A stretch of 50,151 nt of DNA, taken from the NCBI GenBank assembly GCA_902805565.1, contig CADCTP010000001.1:1-50151 (forward strand), read 5' to 3'. Under the pieces are notes generated by a model. The model searched no databases. It was not told the origin of the DNA and was given only the letters and a program-made list of their open reading frames with translations. The stretch comes from an uncultured Mycobacteriales bacterium (GTDB lineage Bacteria; Actinomycetota; Actinomycetes; Mycobacteriales; CADCTP01). Made by a program: the position numbers and the translations under genes. Below are positions 8,378 through 17,964 of this stretch, in pieces; the first letter of the stretch is position 1; the number at the start of each line of letters is the position of its first letter.

Positions 8378-9294
8378 TGGCCACCACGACGTCGCCCGCG
8401 CCCGCCGCCGCCGAGGTCCCCGCCGCGCCGGCCCGGTCCGCCGGCCGCCGCGGCGGCTGGTTCCGCCGGGTCGGCTGGCGCCACCTGGTCGGCGTGCTCG
8501 CGCTGGCCTTCTCGCTGTTCCCGATCCTGTTCGTGGTCTCCGCCGCGCTCAACCCGCTCGGCACGCTCAGCTCCTCGGAGCTGATCCCGAGCGGGGCCGG
8601 GACGGAGAACTTCCGGCGGCTGTTCAGCGACACGTCGTTCGGGACGTGGTTCCTCAACAGCATGATCATCGGGCTGCTGGCGGCGGGCCTGTCGATGTTC
8701 CTGTCCGCGACGGCGGCGTACGCGTTCTCCCGCTACCGGTTCCGCGGCCGGCGGCCGGGCCTGCTCGGCATCCTGCTGGTGCAGATGTTCCCGCAGTTCC
8801 TGGCGATCGTCGCGCTCTACCTGATGTTCTCCACGGTCAGCGACATCTGGCCGGCGATCGGCTTCAACACCCGCTGGGGCATCCTGCTGCTCTACCTCGG
8901 CGGCGCCCTCGGCGTGAACACCTGGCTGATGAAGGGCTTCTTCGACACCATCCCGACCGAGCTCGACGAGTCGGCGAAGGTCGACGGGGCCAGCCACACG
9001 CAGATCTTCTTCGGCATCATCCTGCCGCTGGTCGCGCCGATCCTCGCCGTCACCGGGCTGCTCGGCTTCATCGCCTCGGTCAACGAGTTCCTCATCGCCA
9101 GCGTCTTCCTCACCGACGACCCGTCCAAGACCGCGGCCGTCGGCCTGTACGGCCTGGTCTCGGCCGAGCGGAACAACAACTTCGGCGTGTTCGCGGCCGG
9201 CTCCCTGCTGCTGGCCGTGCCGACCGTGCTGCTGTTCCAGTTCCTGCAGCGCTACATCGTCGGCGGGCTGACCGCCGGTGCGGTCAAGGGCTGA
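8377..9294 (+). CDS. malG: Maltose ABC permease, MalG type
   Basis: TGATG overlap with malF; AYAFSRYRF, QMFP, LDESAKVDGA, GLTAGAVKG end. Confidence 0.9.
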   Translation: MATTTSPAPAAAEVPAAPARSAGRRGGWFRRVGWRHLVGVLALAFSLFPILFVVSAALNPLGTLSSSELIPSGAGTENFRRLFSDTSFGTWFLNSMIIGLLAAGLSMFLSATAAYAFSRYRFRGRRPGLLGILLVQMFPQFLAIVALYLMFSTVSDIWPAIGFNTRWGILLLYLGGALGVNTWLMKGFFDTIPTELDESAKVDGASHTQIFFGIILPLVAPILAVTGLLGFIASVNEFLIASVFLTDDPSKTAAVGLYGLVSAERNNNFGVFAAGSLLLAVPTVLLFQFLQRYIVGGLTAGAVKG

Positions 9295-9325
9295 ACCGTC
9301 CCGTCCCGGCGGGGATAGTGGAGGC

Positions 9326-10486
9326 ATGGCGGGGGAGACCGGGGTCCGGCAGGTCACCGTGCGGCGCGGCGACACGGTCGCGCTGCGCGGGCTGACCCTG
9401 CTGGCCCCGCCGGGCGAGTTGCTGGTCGTGCTGGGCGCCTCCGGCAGCGGCAAGTCCACGCTGCTGCGGGCGGTGGCCGGGCTGCTGCCGGTGGAGTCGG
9501 GGTCCGTGCTGGTCGACGGCCGGGACGTGACCCGGGAGCCGCCGGGGGACCGCCGGGTGTCGATGGTGTTCGAGGACGGCGCGCTGGTGCCGTTCCTGGA
9601 CGTCGCGGACAACCTGGCCTGGGGGCTGCGCGCGCGTCGGGTGCCCGGGCCGGAGGCGGCCCGCCGGGTCGCCGGCCGGGCCGGGGAGTTCCGGCTGACC
9701 CGGCTGCTGCGGCGCCGCCCGGGGCAGCTGTCGGAGGGCGAGCGCGGGCTGGTCGGGATCGGCCGGGCGCTGGTGCAGACGCCGGCGGCGTTCCTGCTGG
9801 ACGAGCCGCTGGCGCACCTGGACGCGGCCGAGCGGATCCGGGTCCGGCGCCGGATCGTCGAGGTGGTCCGCTCGCTGGAGGTCACCACCCTCTACGTCAC
9901 GCACGACCAGACCGAGGCGCTCGCCGTCGCCGACCGGGTGGCGCTGCTGCACGAGGGCGCGCTGGTGCAGCTCGGCCGGCCCACCGAGCTCTACCAGCGG
10001 CCGGTGTCGGTGCTGGCCGCGGTGTCGGTCGGCTTCCCGACCATCGGGCTGCTGCCGGCCCGGCTGGTCGGCTCCGGCGCCCTGACCGGCTACCAGGTCG
10101 GCCCGCGGACCCTGCCGCTGTGGGGGCCGGGGCCGGCGCTGCCGCCCGGCGAGCTGGTGCTGGGCGTCCGGCCCGAGGACGTGCACCGCGGGCCGTGGCC
10201 GGACGCCGTCGAGCTGGAGGCGGTGGTGACCGCCGTCGAGTACACCGGCCGCAACCAGGCGGTCACCCTCGCGGTCGGCGCCGGCCCGGTGGCCGCCCCG
10301 GGCGCCGCCCTGGCCGCCGCCGGCGGCGCCACCCTGCGCGCGCTGTTCCCGGCCGGCGACCCGGTCCGGCCCGGCGACGCCGTCCGGGTCTCCGTCGACG
10401 CCCGCCGCGCGCACGTCTTCGACCCGGCCACCGGCGCCGCGCTGCACCACCCGGGCGACGGCCCGCCCCCGCCCCCGGCGCCCTGA
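9326..10486 (+). CDS. Sugar ABC ATP-binding protein (MalK/MsiK-like) with divergent motifs
   Basis: Walker A GASGSGKST, Walker B FLLDEP, YVTHDQ.EA, C-terminal GVRPE/TOBE-like region. The signature reads LSEGE. Confidence 0.85.
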   Translation: MAGETGVRQVTVRRGDTVALRGLTLLAPPGELLVVLGASGSGKSTLLRAVAGLLPVESGSVLVDGRDVTREPPGDRRVSMVFEDGALVPFLDVADNLAWGLRARRVPGPEAARRVAGRAGEFRLTRLLRRRPGQLSEGERGLVGIGRALVQTPAAFLLDEPLAHLDAAERIRVRRRIVEVVRSLEVTTLYVTHDQTEALAVADRVALLHEGALVQLGRPTELYQRPVSVLAAVSVGFPTIGLLPARLVGSGALTGYQVGPRTLPLWGPGPALPPGELVLGVRPEDVHRGPWPDAVELEAVVTAVEYTGRNQAVTLAVGAGPVAAPGAALAAAGGATLRALFPAGDPVRPGDAVRVSVDARRAHVFDPATGAALHHPGDGPPPPPAP

Positions 10487-10507
10487 CCGCCGGGGTCCGC
10501 CGGGGTC

Positions 10508-11119
10508 CTAGGGGTCCAGGGTGCTGTGCAGGGCCGTGAGCTGGGCGGTCAGGGCGTGGGTGTACTCGTCCAGCCAGGTCTGGGTGCGGCGCAGCTCGGC
10601 CGTGGTGGCCTCCGGCTGCTCGGCGTACGCGGCGCGGAAGGCCGTCACCAGCTCCTCGTAGCCGATCCGGGCGCTGACCTCGGCGTGCACGAGCAGCTCG
10701 CGGGCCTCGTCGGCCGGCGCCACCGGCGCGTCCGGCGCCCGCCAGACCCCGCCGGTGAGCAGGTCCGCGTACAGCTCGGCGGTGGCGGTGAGCGCGTCCA
10801 GCCGGGGCCTGGTCTGGCTGGGCAGGTCGCCGGCGGACGGCGGCGGCCGGCGGCTGCTGCCCACCGGCACCTGGTCCACGTCGGTGCCGTGGCTGCGGTA
10901 GAAGGTGCGCAGCCGGTCGACCTCGGCCCGCAGTGCCCGCCGTTCGGCCTCCTCGGCCTCCAGCTGGGCGGCCAGCCGGCGCAGGAAGGCGCCCACTTCC
11001 TCCTCCGAGAAGCCCCGCCAGGCCATCGGCGACTGGCCGAAGCGGGCGGTCCTGACGTCCTCGGCCGTGAGGGGCCGACCGGCGTCCTGGCCGGCTCGCA
11101 GCTTGCGGAGAGCTCGCAC
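10508..11119 (-). CDS. DivIVA-domain coiled-coil protein
   Basis: LTAEDVRTARF...RGFSEEEVGAFL followed by a coiled coil; RBS GGAGGA. Confidence 0.8.
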   Translation of the reverse strand: MRALRKLRAGQDAGRPLTAEDVRTARFGQSPMAWRGFSEEEVGAFLRRLAAQLEAEEAERRALRAEVDRLRTFYRSHGTDVDQVPVGSSRRPPPSAGDLPSQTRPRLDALTATAELYADLLTGGVWRAPDAPVAPADEARELLVHAEVSARIGYEELVTAFRAAYAEQPEATTAELRRTQTWLDEYTHALTAQLTALHSTLDP

Positions 11120-11235
11120 GGTTCCTCCTCCGCCGGAGGCTAGGTGAGGTGTTGACCAGCGTGAAGGTACCGTGGGGATTCCGAAAGACCCACATCACAG
11201 CTGTGTGGCCGGACCTGGACCGGTACCGTCCTCTG

Positions 11236-12390
11236 GTGCTCCGCCCCCGTCCCGCCGCCCTGGCCGTCGCCGTCGCCCTCACCGCCGCCGGCTGTTCCGG
11301 CGGCCCGCAGGAGCCGGTGACCGGCGCCCGGCCGACCGCCTCGGCCTCCGGCGCCAGCAGCCTGGCCGGGGTGTGCCCGCAGACCGTGGTGATCCAGTCC
11401 AACTGGTGGCCGCAGGCCGAGGACGGCTCGATCTACCGGCTGCTCGGCGGCGAGCTCGACGTGGACGCCGGGCGCAAGCGGGTCACCGGCGCCCTGGTCG
11501 CCGAAGGCGTGGACACCGGCGTGCGGCTGGAGATCCGCTCCGGTGGCCCGGCGAACGGGTTCGTCCCGGCCGCGACCGTGCCCTTCACCGACGAGTCGGT
11601 GCTGCTGGCCACGGCGGACACCGACCAGGTCGCCCAGCTCGCCGCCACCCGGCGGGTCAAGGCGGTGGTCGCGCCGCTGGAGAAGTCCCCGGTCGTGCTG
11701 ATGTTCGACCCGGCCCGGCACCGGTTCCGCACGGTCGCCGACATCGGCCGGACCGACCTGCGGGTGCTGTATTTCCAGGGCGCGACGTACATGGACTACC
11801 TCGTCGGCTCCGGCCAGCTGAAGCGGTCCCAGGTCGACGCCGGCTACACCGGCAACCCCGACCGCTGGGTCGCCGCCGGCGGGAACCTGGTCCAGCAGGG
11901 CTTCCTGACCAACGAGCCGTTCGCGTACGAGAACGAGCTGCCGGCCTGGAACAAGAAGGTGGCCTGGCTGCTCGTCGCCGACGCCGGCTACCCGGTCTAC
12001 CCGGAGACGCTGGTGGTCCGGGCCGACCGGGAGCAGCGGCACGCGCCCTGCCTGGAGAAGCTGGTGCCGGTCATCCAGCGCTCCGCGGCCGGCTACCTCG
12101 CCGACCCGGACGCGACCAACCAGCTGATCGTCCGGCTGACCCAGGACTTCGACGCCTACCCGTACTCGGCCGCCCGGGCGGCGTACGCGGCCAGGGTCAT
12201 GAAGGACAACGGCATCGTGGGCAACGGGACGAACGGCACCCTGGGCGACTTCGACACCGCCCGGGTGACGACGCTGCTCGAGGTGGTCGGGCCGGTGTTC
12301 GCGGCGGCGAAGCAGCCGCTGCCGGCCGGGCTGACCGCCGAGGACATCACGACCAACGCCTACGTCGACGCCTCGATCGGAGCCGGCTGA
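11236..12390 (+). CDS. Orphan ABC substrate-binding lipoprotein (SsuA/THI5/NitT-TauT-like)
   Basis: Lipobox TAAGC; [32 protein letters not shown] -10 box 6 nt before GTG 11236. Confidence 0.75.
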   Translation: MLRPRPAALAVAVALTAAGCSGGPQEPVTGARPTASASGASSLAGVCPQTVVIQSNWWPQAEDGSIYRLLGGELDVDAGRKRVTGALVAEGVDTGVRLEIRSGGPANGFVPAATVPFTDESVLLATADTDQVAQLAATRRVKAVVAPLEKSPVVLMFDPARHRFRTVADIGRTDLRVLYFQGATYMDYLVGSGQLKRSQVDAGYTGNPDRWVAAGGNLVQQGFLTNEPFAYENELPAWNKKVAWLLVADAGYPVYPETLVVRADREQRHAPCLEKLVPVIQRSAAGYLADPDATNQLIVRLTQDFDAYPYSAARAAYAARVMKDNGIVGNGTNGTLGDFDTARVTTLLEVVGPVFAAAKQPLPAGLTAEDITTNAYVDASIGAG

Positions 12391-13403
12391 TGCCCGTGAT
12401 CGACACGTACGAGCGCTACCCGCTGCTGTTCGGCCCGTCCCCGGTGCACCGGCTGGACCGGCTCACCGCGCACCTGGGCGGGGCGGCGGTGTGGGCGAAG
12501 CGGGAGGACTGCAACTCCGGCATCGCCTACGGCGGCAACAAGACCCGCAAGCTGGAGTACCTGGTCGCCGACGCGCTGGCCACCGGGTGCGACACGCTGG
12601 TGTCGATCGGCGGCGTGCAGTCCAACCACACCCGCCAGGTCGCGGCGGTCGCCGCCCGGGTCGGCCTCGCCTGCGTGCTGGTCCAGGAGTCCTGGGTGGA
12701 CTGGCCGGACCCCGTCTACGACAAGGTCGGCAACATCCTGATCAGCCGGCTGGCCGGGGCGGACGTCCGGCTGGTGAAGGCCGGCTTCGGCATCGGGATC
12801 AAGGACAGCTGGGACGCGGCGCTGGCGTCGGTCCGGGCGGCCGGCGGCACCCCGTACCCGATCCCGGCCGGGGCGTCGGACCACCGGCTGGGCGGCCTCG
12901 GCTTCGCCTCCTGGGCGTACGAGCTGGCGGCGCAGGAGGACGCGCTCGGCGTGTTCTTCGACACCATCGTGGTCTGCTCGGTGACCGGCTCGACCCAGGC
13001 CGGGATGGTCGCCGGGTTCGCCGCCCGGGAGGCCGCCGGGGCCCGGCCGCGGCGGGTGCTGGGCATCGACGCGTCGGCGCGGCCCGCGGAGACCCGGGAC
13101 CAGGTCGGCCGGATCGCCCGGGCCACCGCCGACCTGCTGGACGTCGGGGCCGAGCTGACGATCGAGCTCGACGAGCGCTACCACGCCGGTGTCTACGGCA
13201 TCCCGGACGAGTCCACACTGGACGCGATGCGGGTGGCGGCGCGGACCGAGGGCATGGTCACCGACCCGGTCTACGAGGGCAAGTCGATGGCCGCGACCAT
13301 CGACCTGGTGTCCCGCGGGGAGATCGACCGGGGCTCCACCGTGCTCTACGCACACCTCGGCGGGCAGCCGGCGCTGAACGGCTACAGCGCGCTGTTCTCC
13401 TGA
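12390..13403 (+). CDS. acdS: 1-aminocyclopropane-1-carboxylate deaminase
   Basis: [20 protein letters not shown] (PLP Lys), [11 protein letters not shown]. Has the diagnostic Glu (TDPVYEGKS) and Leu (YAHLGG) that separate AcdS from D-cysteine desulfhydrase. Confidence 0.95.
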   Translation: MPVIDTYERYPLLFGPSPVHRLDRLTAHLGGAAVWAKREDCNSGIAYGGNKTRKLEYLVADALATGCDTLVSIGGVQSNHTRQVAAVAARVGLACVLVQESWVDWPDPVYDKVGNILISRLAGADVRLVKAGFGIGIKDSWDAALASVRAAGGTPYPIPAGASDHRLGGLGFASWAYELAAQEDALGVFFDTIVVCSVTGSTQAGMVAGFAAREAAGARPRRVLGIDASARPAETRDQVGRIARATADLLDVGAELTIELDERYHAGVYGIPDESTLDAMRVAARTEGMVTDPVYEGKSMAATIDLVSRGEIDRGSTVLYAHLGGQPALNGYSALFS

Positions 13404-13462
13404 ACCCGCAGGTGACGGCCAAGTTTCGGCTGTTCGCCCGCGGCGGAACCCGGTTGGCGAGT

Positions 13463-13491
13463 CGTTGCGAAGGGTCTTAACATTCGCGACG
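13463..13491. promoter_or_regulatory. Inverted repeat, candidate operator of the MFS gene
   Basis: CGTTGCGAA-N11-TTCGCGACG (8/9 match) overlapping a TAACAT -10-like hexamer. Confidence 0.35.
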
Positions 13492-13521
13492 GACTTTCCG
13501 GGACCGCAAGAGGAGACCCAC

Positions 13522-15039
13522 GTGACCAGCTCGCCCGACACGGGTGCGACAGCACGATCGGAGGTGACGGAGCCGGACCCGAAGCGCTGGCTCGCCCTCG
13601 CCGTGATCGCCGCCACCCAGCTCATGGTGGTGCTCGACGCGTCCATCGTGAACATCGCCCTGCCCTCCGCCCAGGCCGACCTGGGCATCAGCGACGCGGA
13701 CCGCCAGTGGGTGGTCACGGCGTACACGCTCGCCTTCGGCGGCCTGCTGCTGCTCGGCGGCCGCATCGCCGACTACGTCGGCCGCAAGCGGGTGCTGATC
13801 ATCGGCCTGCTCGGCTTCGCCGTGGCCTCGGCGCTCGGCGGCATCGCCTCCAACCAGGAGCTGCTGTTCGCCGCCCGGGCGCTGCAGGGCGGGTTCGCCG
13901 CGCTGCTCGCCCCGGCCGCGCTGGCCCTGATCACCGTGACCTTCACCGAGCCGAAGGAGCGGGCCAAGGCGTTCGCCGTCTTCGGTGCCATCGCCGGCGG
14001 CGGCGCCGCGATCGGCCTGGTGCTCGGCGGGGTGCTCACCGAGTTCGCCTCCTGGCGCTGGTGCCTCGGCGTCAACGTGCCGATCGCGATCGCCGTCGTG
14101 CTGGCCGCGATCCCGTTCGTGCGGGAGAGCAAGGCCGCCGGCTCCACCAAGTACGACGTCCCCGGCGCCGTCCTGGTCACCGTCGGCCTGGTCGCCCTGG
14201 TCTACGGCTTCACCCAGGCCGCCGAGCCGGACGTCGGCTGGACCGCGGCGACCACGCTGGGCTTCCTCGGCGCGTCCGCGGTGCTGCTGGTCGCGTTCGT
14301 GCTGTGGGAGCGGCGCTCCGCGCACCCGCTGCTGCCGCTGCGGATCGCGCTGGACCGCAACCGCGGCGGCTCGTACATCGTCTTCGGGCTGGTCGGCGCG
14401 GCGCTGTTCGCGATGTTCCTGTTCCTGACGTACTACTTCCAGACCGTGCTCGGCTACAGCGCGCTGCGGTCCGGGTTCGCGTTCCTGCCGTTCAGCGGCG
14501 GCATCATCGTCGGCGCCGGCGTGGTCTCCCAGCTGCTGCCCCGGGTCGGCCCGAAGCCGCTGATGATCGGCGGCCTGGTCGCGGCCATCCTCGGCATGCT
14601 GTGGCTGACCCAGATCGACCTGGAGAGCACGTTCGTCAGCCACGTGCTGCCCGCGCAGATCCTGATCAGCGTGGGCATGGCCGGCGTCTTCGTGCCGGCC
14701 TCCTCGACCGCGCTGGTCGGCATCGACCCGCGCGACGCCGGGGTCGGCTCGGCACTGCTCAACACCACCCAGCAGATCGGTGGCTCGCTCGGCACCGCCC
14801 TGCTCAACACGGTGTACGCCTCCGCGGTGACCGGCTACCTCGCCGCCAACCTCGACCCGACCAACCCGGCCGACCGGATCGTGCAGCTGGAGTCGCTCCT
14901 GCAGGGCTACCAGGTCTCCTACTTCTGGGGCACCGGCATGCTCGTCGCCGCACTGGTCGCGGCCGTGGTGATGATCAACGCCAAGAAGGACGACATCCCG
15001 GCCGGGGACGGCGGCACCGCCGCCGTCCACGCGGGCTGA
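13522..15039 (+). CDS. MFS drug:H+ antiporter, DHA2 (EmrB/QacA) family
   Basis: LDASIVNIALP, WVVTAYTL, GGRIADYVGRKR, about 14 hydrophobic segments; RBS GAGGAG. Confidence 0.92.
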   Translation: MTSSPDTGATARSEVTEPDPKRWLALAVIAATQLMVVLDASIVNIALPSAQADLGISDADRQWVVTAYTLAFGGLLLLGGRIADYVGRKRVLIIGLLGFAVASALGGIASNQELLFAARALQGGFAALLAPAALALITVTFTEPKERAKAFAVFGAIAGGGAAIGLVLGGVLTEFASWRWCLGVNVPIAIAVVLAAIPFVRESKAAGSTKYDVPGAVLVTVGLVALVYGFTQAAEPDVGWTAATTLGFLGASAVLLVAFVLWERRSAHPLLPLRIALDRNRGGSYIVFGLVGAALFAMFLFLTYYFQTVLGYSALRSGFAFLPFSGGIIVGAGVVSQLLPRVGPKPLMIGGLVAAILGMLWLTQIDLESTFVSHVLPAQILISVGMAGVFVPASSTALVGIDPRDAGVGSALLNTTQQIGGSLGTALLNTVYASAVTGYLAANLDPTNPADRIVQLESLLQGYQVSYFWGTGMLVAALVAAVVMINAKKDDIPAGDGGTAAVHAG

Positions 15040-15052
15040 GCCAGGCCGTTCC

Positions 15053-15090
15053 GCGCGCGCCCCGTCCGGCTCCCCGGGCGGGGCGCGCGC
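15053..15090 (+). terminator. GC-rich hairpin terminator after the MFS gene
   Basis: 17-bp stem (one G-U) with a 4-nt loop, 14 nt after the stop. Confidence 0.6.
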
Positions 15091-15121
15091 CGTCGTCCCG
15101 GCGGACACTAGGGTCCGGGGC

Positions 15122-17173
15122 GTGGCCAGGACCGTGTACGTCGCCGCGCTGGAGCCGGACACCGGGAAGTCGGTGGTGGCGCTCGGGGTGATGGAGGTGC
15201 TCGCCGGGCGTACCGACCGGGTCGGCTTCTTCCGCCCGATCGTCGCCGCCGGCACGGACCCGCTGGTGGAGCTGATGCGGACCCGGTACGGCGCGGTCGT
15301 CGAGCCGCAGGGCGTCCCGGTCGCGGAGGCCGGCCGGCTGTCGCCGGACGAGCTGGTCGGCCGGGTGGTGGAGCGGTTCCGGGAGCTGGAGCGGAGCTGC
15401 GACGCGGTGCTCTGCCTGGGCAGCGACTTCGCCGACGTGTCGACGGCGACCGAGTTCGCGCTGAACCTGCGGCTGGCCGACAACCTCGGCGCGTCCGTGC
15501 TGGCGGTCGTGGACGGGCGGCGGCCGTCGCCGGCCGACGTGGTGGCCGCCGTCCGGTACGCCCGCGACACCCTGGCCGCGGCCGGCGCCACCGTGGTCGG
15601 GATCGTCGCGAACCGGGTCGACCCGGCGGCGGTGGAGCAGGCGCGGGCCGCGCTGGCCGGCTCCGCGTACGTGCTGCCGTACGAGCCGGTCCTCACCGAG
15701 CCGACCGTCGCCGAGGTCGCCGCCGCCACCGGGGCCCGGGTCCTGGTCGGCGGGCCGGCCGAGCTGGACCGCGAGGTGCGGGCGGTCCTGGTCGCGGCGG
15801 CGACGCTGCCGACCGTGCTGGACCACCTGTCCGAGGGCGCGCTGGTGCTGACCCCGGGCGACCGGGCCGAGATCGTGCTCGGGATGCTGGCCGCGACCCT
15901 CTCGCCGAACGCGCCGCACGTCAGCGGCCTGCTGCTCACCACCGACGTGCTGCCGGACCCGCGGGTGCAGCGGATCCTGGACGGCCTGGCCCCGCACACC
16001 CCGGTGCTGGCGGTGCGGACCGACACCTTCGTCACCGCGCAGGCGGTCGGCCGGGTGCAGGGGAAGCTGACCGGCCGCAAGATCCCGGCCGCGCTCGGCC
16101 TGGTGGAGCGGCACGTCGACGTGCCGGAGCTGGTGCGCCGGGTGGAGGTGACCCGCTCGACCCGGGTCACCCCGCAGATGTTCGAGTACGACCTGGTCGA
16201 GCGGGCCCGCGCCGACCGCCGGCACATCGTGCTGCCCGAGGGCACCGACGACCGGGTGCTGCGGGCGACGGAGATCGTGCTGCGCCGCGGGGTCGCCGCG
16301 GTCACCCTGCTCGGCCCGCCGGCCGAGGTCCGGGCCCGGGCGGCCGCGCTCGGCGTGGACGTGGCCGCGGCGGACGTGCTGGACCCGACCGCGGCCGGGT
16401 CGGCGGAGCTGCGGGAACGGTTCGCCGCGACGTACGCCGCGGCCCGCGTGCACAAGGGCGTCAGCCTCGACCAGGCCCGGGACGTCGTCACCGACGTGTC
16501 GTACTTCGGCACCCTGATGGTCCACGAGGGCCTGGCCGACGGGATGGTCTCCGGTGCCACCCACACCACCGCGCACACGATCCGCCCGGCGTTCGAGGTG
16601 GTCCGGACGGTGCCCGGGGTGACCACGGTGTCCAGCGTGTTCTTCATGTGCCTGGCCGACCGGGTGCTGGTCTACGGCGACTGCGCGATCATCCCGGAGC
16701 CGACCGCGGAGCAGCTGGCCGACATCGCGGTCTCCAGCGCGGCGACGGCGGCGCAGTTCGGGGTCCGGCCGCGGGTGGCGATGCTGTCGTACTCGACCGG
16801 CGAGTCCGGCACCGGCGCCGACGTCGACCGGGTCCGGGAGGCGACCCGGCTGGTCCGGGAGCGGGCGCCGGAGCTGCCGGTGGAGGGGCCGATCCAGTAC
16901 GACGCGGCGGTCGACGCCAGCGTCGCGGCGACCAAGCTGCCGGGCTCGGCGGTCGCCGGGCAGGCGACGGTCTTCGTCTTCCCCGACCTGTCCTCGGGCA
17001 ACAACACCTACAAGGCGGTCCAGCGCAGCGCGAACGCCGTCGCGGTCGGCCCGGTGCTGCAGGGCCTGCGCCGCCCGGTGAACGACCTGTCCCGCGGCTG
17101 CACGGTCCCCGACATCGTCAACACCGTCGCGATCACCGCGATCCAGGCCCAGGCCGTGCAACGCCCCGGCTGA
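15122..17173 (+). CDS. pta: Phosphate acetyltransferase, long form
   Basis: N-terminal P-loop TGKS, DRTGG-like TPGDR, IVLPEG, GMVSGA, YGDCA, GPIQYDAA, PVNDLSRG. Confidence 0.95.
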   Translation: MARTVYVAALEPDTGKSVVALGVMEVLAGRTDRVGFFRPIVAAGTDPLVELMRTRYGAVVEPQGVPVAEAGRLSPDELVGRVVERFRELERSCDAVLCLGSDFADVSTATEFALNLRLADNLGASVLAVVDGRRPSPADVVAAVRYARDTLAAAGATVVGIVANRVDPAAVEQARAALAGSAYVLPYEPVLTEPTVAEVAAATGARVLVGGPAELDREVRAVLVAAATLPTVLDHLSEGALVLTPGDRAEIVLGMLAATLSPNAPHVSGLLLTTDVLPDPRVQRILDGLAPHTPVLAVRTDTFVTAQAVGRVQGKLTGRKIPAALGLVERHVDVPELVRRVEVTRSTRVTPQMFEYDLVERARADRRHIVLPEGTDDRVLRATEIVLRRGVAAVTLLGPPAEVRARAAALGVDVAAADVLDPTAAGSAELRERFAATYAAARVHKGVSLDQARDVVTDVSYFGTLMVHEGLADGMVSGATHTTAHTIRPAFEVVRTVPGVTTVSSVFFMCLADRVLVYGDCAIIPEPTAEQLADIAVSSAATAAQFGVRPRVAMLSYSTGESGTGADVDRVREATRLVRERAPELPVEGPIQYDAAVDASVAATKLPGSAVAGQATVFVFPDLSSGNNTYKAVQRSANAVAVGPVLQGLRRPVNDLSRGCTVPDIVNTVAITAIQAQAVQRPG

Positions 17174-17182
17174 CCGGCGCGC

Positions 17183-17869
17183 TCAGGTGAGGAGGAGCCA
17201 GCCGCCGAGGGCGAGCGCGGCCAGCGTGACCAGGCCGAAGAACGCCACCCACAGCCCGCCCGGCAGCCGGGTCAGCCGGGCCAGCGCGTCGGCGTCGGTC
17301 TGCCGGGTCCGGCGGCGCTCCCGCCGCAGCTCCCACACCGGCCGCACCGCCGCCAGCAGCAGGAACCAGGTCGCCGCGTGCGCCACCGCGGCCTGCACGT
17401 CGGCCGGGGCGGCCAGCGACAGCCCGACCACCGCGGCCCCGGTGACCAGCAGCGACAGCACCCCGTACGCGTTGCGGACCATCACCAGCATGGCCAGCAG
17501 CAGCGCCACCGCGGCCCACAGCATCACCGTCACCTGGTCGTACGCCAGCAGCACCACGCCGACCAGGCCGACCGCGGACGGCGCCAGGTAGCCGGACGCG
17601 GCGGTCAGCACCATCCCCGGCCCGGTCGGCCGCCCGGTCGACAGCGTCAGCCCCGAGGTGTCCGAGTGCAGCCGGATCCCGCGCAGCCGCCGCCCGGTCA
17701 GCACCGCGACCCCGGCGTGCCCGGCCTCGTGCACGATCGTCACCAGGTGCCGCGACCACCGCCACACCCCGTCGACCAGCACCCCGAGCAGCGCGACCAC
17801 CCCGGTCGCCAGCACCAGCCAGGACCCCGGCTCGTACGTCCGGATCCACTCGATGTCCGCGGCCACCAT
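17183..17869 (-). CDS. M50B-like intramembrane metallopeptidase
   Basis: HEAGH zinc motif, SGY.AP, TDADAL, multiple TM helices. Confidence 0.85.
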   Translation of the reverse strand: MVAADIEWIRTYEPGSWLVLATGVVALLGVLVDGVWRWSRHLVTIVHEAGHAGVAVLTGRRLRGIRLHSDTSGLTLSTGRPTGPGMVLTAASGYLAPSAVGLVGVVLLAYDQVTVMLWAAVALLLAMLVMVRNAYGVLSLLVTGAAVVGLSLAAPADVQAAVAHAATWFLLLAAVRPVWELRRERRRTRQTDADALARLTRLPGGLWVAFFGLVTLAALALGGWLLLT

Positions 17870-17964
17870 GATCGCCAGCCTGCCAGGCCGCCCCCGGCCC
17901 CGCGACACCGGCGCACACCGTCGGGTGCGGGCGGGCCCGGCCGCCGCGGCCCTACGATCCGGGC

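Noticed and set aside
5299-9294. 1331-aa ORF as a fused transporter
   Set aside because: The first ~1025 aa are an Arg/Pro/Gly-rich off-frame reading of malE and malF. The real gene is malG from 8377.
11172-11206. GTGGG...GAAA...CCCAC stem and CACAGCTGTG palindrome as a riboswitch
   Set aside because: Short imperfect stem with no aptamer consensus I recognise, and the downstream gene looks leaderless. An Rfam scan would settle it.
12390-13403. D-cysteine desulfhydrase instead of ACC deaminase
   Set aside because: It carries the AcdS-diagnostic Glu (PVYEGK) and Leu (AHLGG).
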